A DNA stretch of 64,000 nucleotides from Cyanobacteria bacterium J06626_4. Its GTDB lineage: Bacteria; Cyanobacteriota; Cyanobacteriia; Phormidesmidales; Phormidesmidaceae. The DNA is taken from NCBI GenBank assembly GCA_038523235.1, contig JBCBJQ010000021.1:8249-72248 (forward strand). Direction: 5' to 3'. Below, piece by piece: positions 61,003 to 64,000 of this stretch. The position numbers and the translations under genes are program-made. The notes beneath the pieces were generated by a model. That model was not told the DNA's origin. It saw only the letters and a list, made by a program, of their open reading frames with translations, and made no database searches. The stretch's first letter is position 1. Every line of letters begins with the position of its first letter.

Positions 61003-61404
61003 ATGCTCATCAACGAAACCGCTAATTCGACCCGGCAACAGCCTTGGTCATGCATTTATGCCAAATTTCTCGCGTTGGTGCTGGTTTACGGGGCCACGGT
61101 TCACATTGGCAACATTGCCGGGCTGACGGGCACTCCCTGGCTCTCGACACCGCTGCTGTGGCGGAGTTTGGATATTACTCTCCTGCTTTTTGATGTTGTG
61201 ACGGCAGTGGGGCTGTGGCGGGGGCGAGGCTGGGCGGTCTGGTCAGTCTTTGGGGGTATTGCGCTGCTACAGGTGGTGCCCTATACGCTGCTGCGATCGC
61301 AGTTCATCCTCAAGCCTGAAGACGCCCAAACCTTGAATGGGCTATTGGGCACTGAGGGGGTTCTCCTGGCTATTTTTGCCCTGTTGCTATGGCTCAAAAA
61401 GTAA
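61003..61404 (+). CDS. Hypothetical membrane protein (4 TM)
   Basis: Four hydrophobic segments; GGA RBS upstream. Confidence 0.7.
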   Translation: MLINETANSTRQQPWSCIYAKFLALVLVYGATVHIGNIAGLTGTPWLSTPLLWRSLDITLLLFDVVTAVGLWRGRGWAVWSVFGGIALLQVVPYTLLRSQFILKPEDAQTLNGLLGTEGVLLAIFALLLWLKK

Positions 61405-61461
61405 ACAACCCTCGAAAACCAGTTTTAAATTTATCTGCCGAACGCTCCCTGGCTAGAGGAA

Positions 61462-62589
61462 TCAGGAACACGTCTCCTCAGCGGTTGCCACTGTTAGCTC
61501 TGTTTGAACCTGTAGCTGTCGGGACGTGAGCATCCTGATGAACTGATCCGTGGGCAAGATTTGCTCAACCGCATGGACGCCGGGACGTTCTAGCTGCCCG
61601 GTCAGCAAGAGTTGCGCCAGACTACCCGTACCGGCCCCGACCGCCCTCGTGGTACTGGGGTGCTGAAAGTAGCTGAGATGGTGAGCAGCTTGGCCCGAGA
61701 TTTGCCCTCTGACATCACACCGCATCGCCACCCCCGTACCGCTGAAGCGATCGCTAATGCCCGTCATGAAATGACTGACTCGGGCCAAGAATTCGACCGT
61801 TTTGGAGCTTTGCAGCACCTTAGTCGGCAAGCCGTGGGCCATTGCCCAAGTTGCATGGTTATAAAAGTCAGGCACCACCCCAAACTTCGTCACCACGCTG
61901 TCTAGGGCAAACGTCTCCGATAGCGTAATGGCTTCGGGCATGTCATACCAGTAAACCGCGACCTGACCATAGGGCGACGGCAAGGTCAGACGTTCGCGTT
62001 CGGTATACGGTTTGACCCACTGCCAGCGACCCTGCAACCATGCTTTGAAAGCATGCTGTAAGCCAATAAACGTGGTGCGCATGACGGTGACACCCGCCCC
62101 ACCCGAGCCGCCTACGACGTAGCTCAGCTGCACTGAGTCAGGCTGATCCAGTGCTTCAATGCCCTGACGCGCCAAGCTATTAGAGATGCCGGGAAAGACA
62201 CCCGTATTGATCACAGCAGTGACGCCAGCAGCTTGGGCTGATGGCCTGAGCGCTAAAGCTTTTTGCGTAAAGGTCCGTTCGTCGCTAACGTCGAGGTAGT
62301 TCACCCCCTGTTGAATGCAGGCTTGCAACACTCGCCCATCGCGATAATGAAAAGGGCCAGCCGTATGCACGACCAGATCGGCGGCGGCGATCGCCTCAAC
62401 CAGCTCATCTGGATTGGCCAAGTCGAGCGATCGAAACTGCACGTGAGGCCCCAATTGCTGGCGAGCCAGCGTGCCGGATTGAGCGCTGCGTCCGGTAACC
62501 GTGACGGTAGCCTCGGTATGGGCCAAGATATCCTGGGCGATCTGGCTGCCAATTCTGCCGCAGCCGCCGATTATGAGCACTCGTTTCAT
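61462..62589 (-). CDS. Saccharopine dehydrogenase-like oxidoreductase
   Basis: VLIIGGCGRIG, HTAGPF, NYLDVSD, NTGVFPGISN, GSGGAGVTVMRTTF, DRFSGTGVAM. Confidence 0.88.
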   Translation of the reverse strand: MKRVLIIGGCGRIGSQIAQDILAHTEATVTVTGRSAQSGTLARQQLGPHVQFRSLDLANPDELVEAIAAADLVVHTAGPFHYRDGRVLQACIQQGVNYLDVSDERTFTQKALALRPSAQAAGVTAVINTGVFPGISNSLARQGIEALDQPDSVQLSYVVGGSGGAGVTVMRTTFIGLQHAFKAWLQGRWQWVKPYTERERLTLPSPYGQVAVYWYDMPEAITLSETFALDSVVTKFGVVPDFYNHATWAMAHGLPTKVLQSSKTVEFLARVSHFMTGISDRFSGTGVAMRCDVRGQISGQAAHHLSYFQHPSTTRAVGAGTGSLAQLLLTGQLERPGVHAVEQILPTDQFIRMLTSRQLQVQTELTVATAEETCS

Positions 62590-62855
62590 CGCCGCCCCTC
62601 ATCTTGGTAACACCTTGAGATCTGCCCCCTCAGGCTATTGATCCCACCCTCTAATATCGCCTCTTTTTTTTCTGGTCGTTGGCCAGAGCTAGATCAAGAA
62701 ATAGAGGGGCGATCGTGCACTCAAGATGAATTCTCTATCCGCAGTCACATCATCACTGTTCTTCAAGACACTGCACTGTCTGGCGGCATAAATCATTACA
62801 CCGGCCACCATAGCTTTGACTAACAACCCTGACATCGTTGCGGATTACGGGTAAT

Positions 62856-62895
62856 AAAAACGCCGATAGGATGAGTCAAACTCACCTTATCGGCG
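62856..62895 (-). terminator. Probable terminator of the Calx-beta gene
   Basis: AAAAA followed by CGCCGATAGG..TGAGT-CAA-ACTCA..CTTATCGGCG stem. Confidence 0.55.
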
Positions 62896-63022
62896 CTAAA
62901 CAGATCGGCTCACACAGCTCAAAGCGAGATTCTGGCAGGGATAGGGTTAACTACCTTCTTTTATCGGCAACGGGGCAGAGACCCTTGATTCAGATCTTGG
63001 ATAGCTGCTCCAGCAGGTTCAG

Positions 63023-64000
63023 TTAGATCGAACCAACCGGGACTAACTGGAGGAAGTCGAGGCGAGCATGCTCATCAGCATCCTCAAAGGCATTCACCGT
63101 GAGAACATCCCCCGAAGAGAGCGTCACGCCAAAGGAAACCGTTTCAGTAATAAAGGTCTGGGCATTAGCAACATTGCTTCCCAAACTCTGATCCAACAGC
63201 AGCTCTCCGACCTGAGTGTCGTTAACAAAAATGGTGAACGAAGCTGTGCCGTCGTTTTCGTCATAGGTGCCCAGAACAATGTCATATTCGGCAGTGCCGG
63301 TGAGCTCATCTAGGTTAAAGACGGCGCTGCCGCTTTCGCCGCTAGCTCCTTTGACAAAGCTAAGCACCTGCTCTCCAGAAGCTCCACCAAGGCTTTCTAC
63401 CCCGCCGATATAATCTCCCAACAAGGTGTCGGCAGCCTCTGCCTCAAAAGTGACGGTCTCCGGGATAATCTCATCATCAATGATGGTTACCGTCGCTTCA
63501 TTCACGACCCCCAACACCACATCAGCATCCCCGGCGGTAATGGCATCGAGCGTGACGACTACGGTCTCGTCGCCTTCACTCTCACTATCCTCTAGCACCG
63601 GTACGGCAATGGTTGCCGAGGTTTGTCCGGCATTAATTGTCACCGTGCCACTTAACGCGCTGTAGTCGCTGCCCGCCGTGGCCGTGCCACCCACGCTGTA
63701 GCTGATGACCGTATCTTGACTCGCGACGGCAGCCAAACTCACTGTGAACTCGCCAGGGTTCGTGGGTTCCCCCCCCTCTTGGCTGGCAACGATGCTCACC
63801 GCATTTGCCACGTCATCATCGGCAATGACAATACTGGCTTGGCTTGCCCCCCCGAGAGTCACTTCACCGCTGGCTCCTGTCAGGGTAACGATAACCGTCT
63901 CATCGCCTTCAATCTCACTGTCTGGCAGTACCGGCACGGTAATGGTGGCCAAGGTTTCTCCGGCATCAATCGTCACCGTGCCACTTACCGCGCTGTAACC
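63023..64000 (-). CDS. C-terminal part of a large Calx-beta repeat protein ending in a CBM6/35-like domain (5' end outside window)
   Basis: Repeats GTATAGSDY..GTVTINAGQTSATIAVPVLEDSESEGDETVVVTL..ATVTIIDDE, then FEAEAA..YDENDG..ARLDFLQL. Frame stays open to the window edge. Confidence 0.85.
   Translation of the reverse strand, partial: GYSAVSGTVTIDAGETLATITVPVLPDSEIEGDETVIVTLTGASGEVTLGGASQASIVIADDDVANAVSIVASQEGGEPTNPGEFTVSLAAVASQDTVISYSVGGTATAGSDYSALSGTVTINAGQTSATIAVPVLEDSESEGDETVVVTLDAITAGDADVVLGVVNEATVTIIDDEIIPETVTFEAEAADTLLGDYIGGVESLGGASGEQVLSFVKGASGESGSAVFNLDELTGTAEYDIVLGTYDENDGTASFTIFVNDTQVGELLLDQSLGSNVANAQTFITETVSFGVTLSSGDVLTVNAFEDADEHARLDFLQLVPVGSI

Noticed and set aside
1..64000. Abundant GCGATCGC palindromes as a novel repeat
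   Set aside because: This is the well-known cyanobacterial HIP1 element.

Overview
Chromosomal window from a beta-cyanobacterium. The HIP1 octamer GCGATCGC is abundant, and beta-carboxysome genes, form IB rbcLXS, psbU and sasA are present. The style suggests a filamentous Leptolyngbya/Nodosilinea-like strain (inference). Core loci are ccmMNO, miaA/gyrB, potABCD, aat, psbU-nadB, ybaB, alr, an MPBQ-methyltransferase/UbiH-like pair, sasA and rbcL-rbcX-rbcS. Two organic-nitrogen modules are interspersed. (i) Two BMP-type ABC permeases, a stand-alone allophanate-hydrolase C-domain protein and formamidase, interrupted by an apparently catalytically dead CPBP protease homolog. (ii) A cyanate locus (cynA-like, cynB, cynD, cynS, DUF1348) preceded by a divergent soluble PAS histidine kinase / REC-AraC regulator pair; this is the best candidate for an undescribed system here. 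A ~92-bp double-hairpin repeat occurs at both nitrogen loci, as a 116-bp-period tandem array before cynS. Also present: a small scar at ~11.3-12.4 kb (31-bp tandem duplication, class II aldolase pseudogene fragment, orphan ORF, 19-bp inverted repeat), a TetR/oxidoreductase pair with a clear tandem operator, an AAC(6')-I-like GNAT, an RTX protein and the 3' end of a Calx-beta protein. No tRNA, rRNA, CRISPR array or transposase was recognised. All assignments come from motif recognition by eye; no database searches were run.
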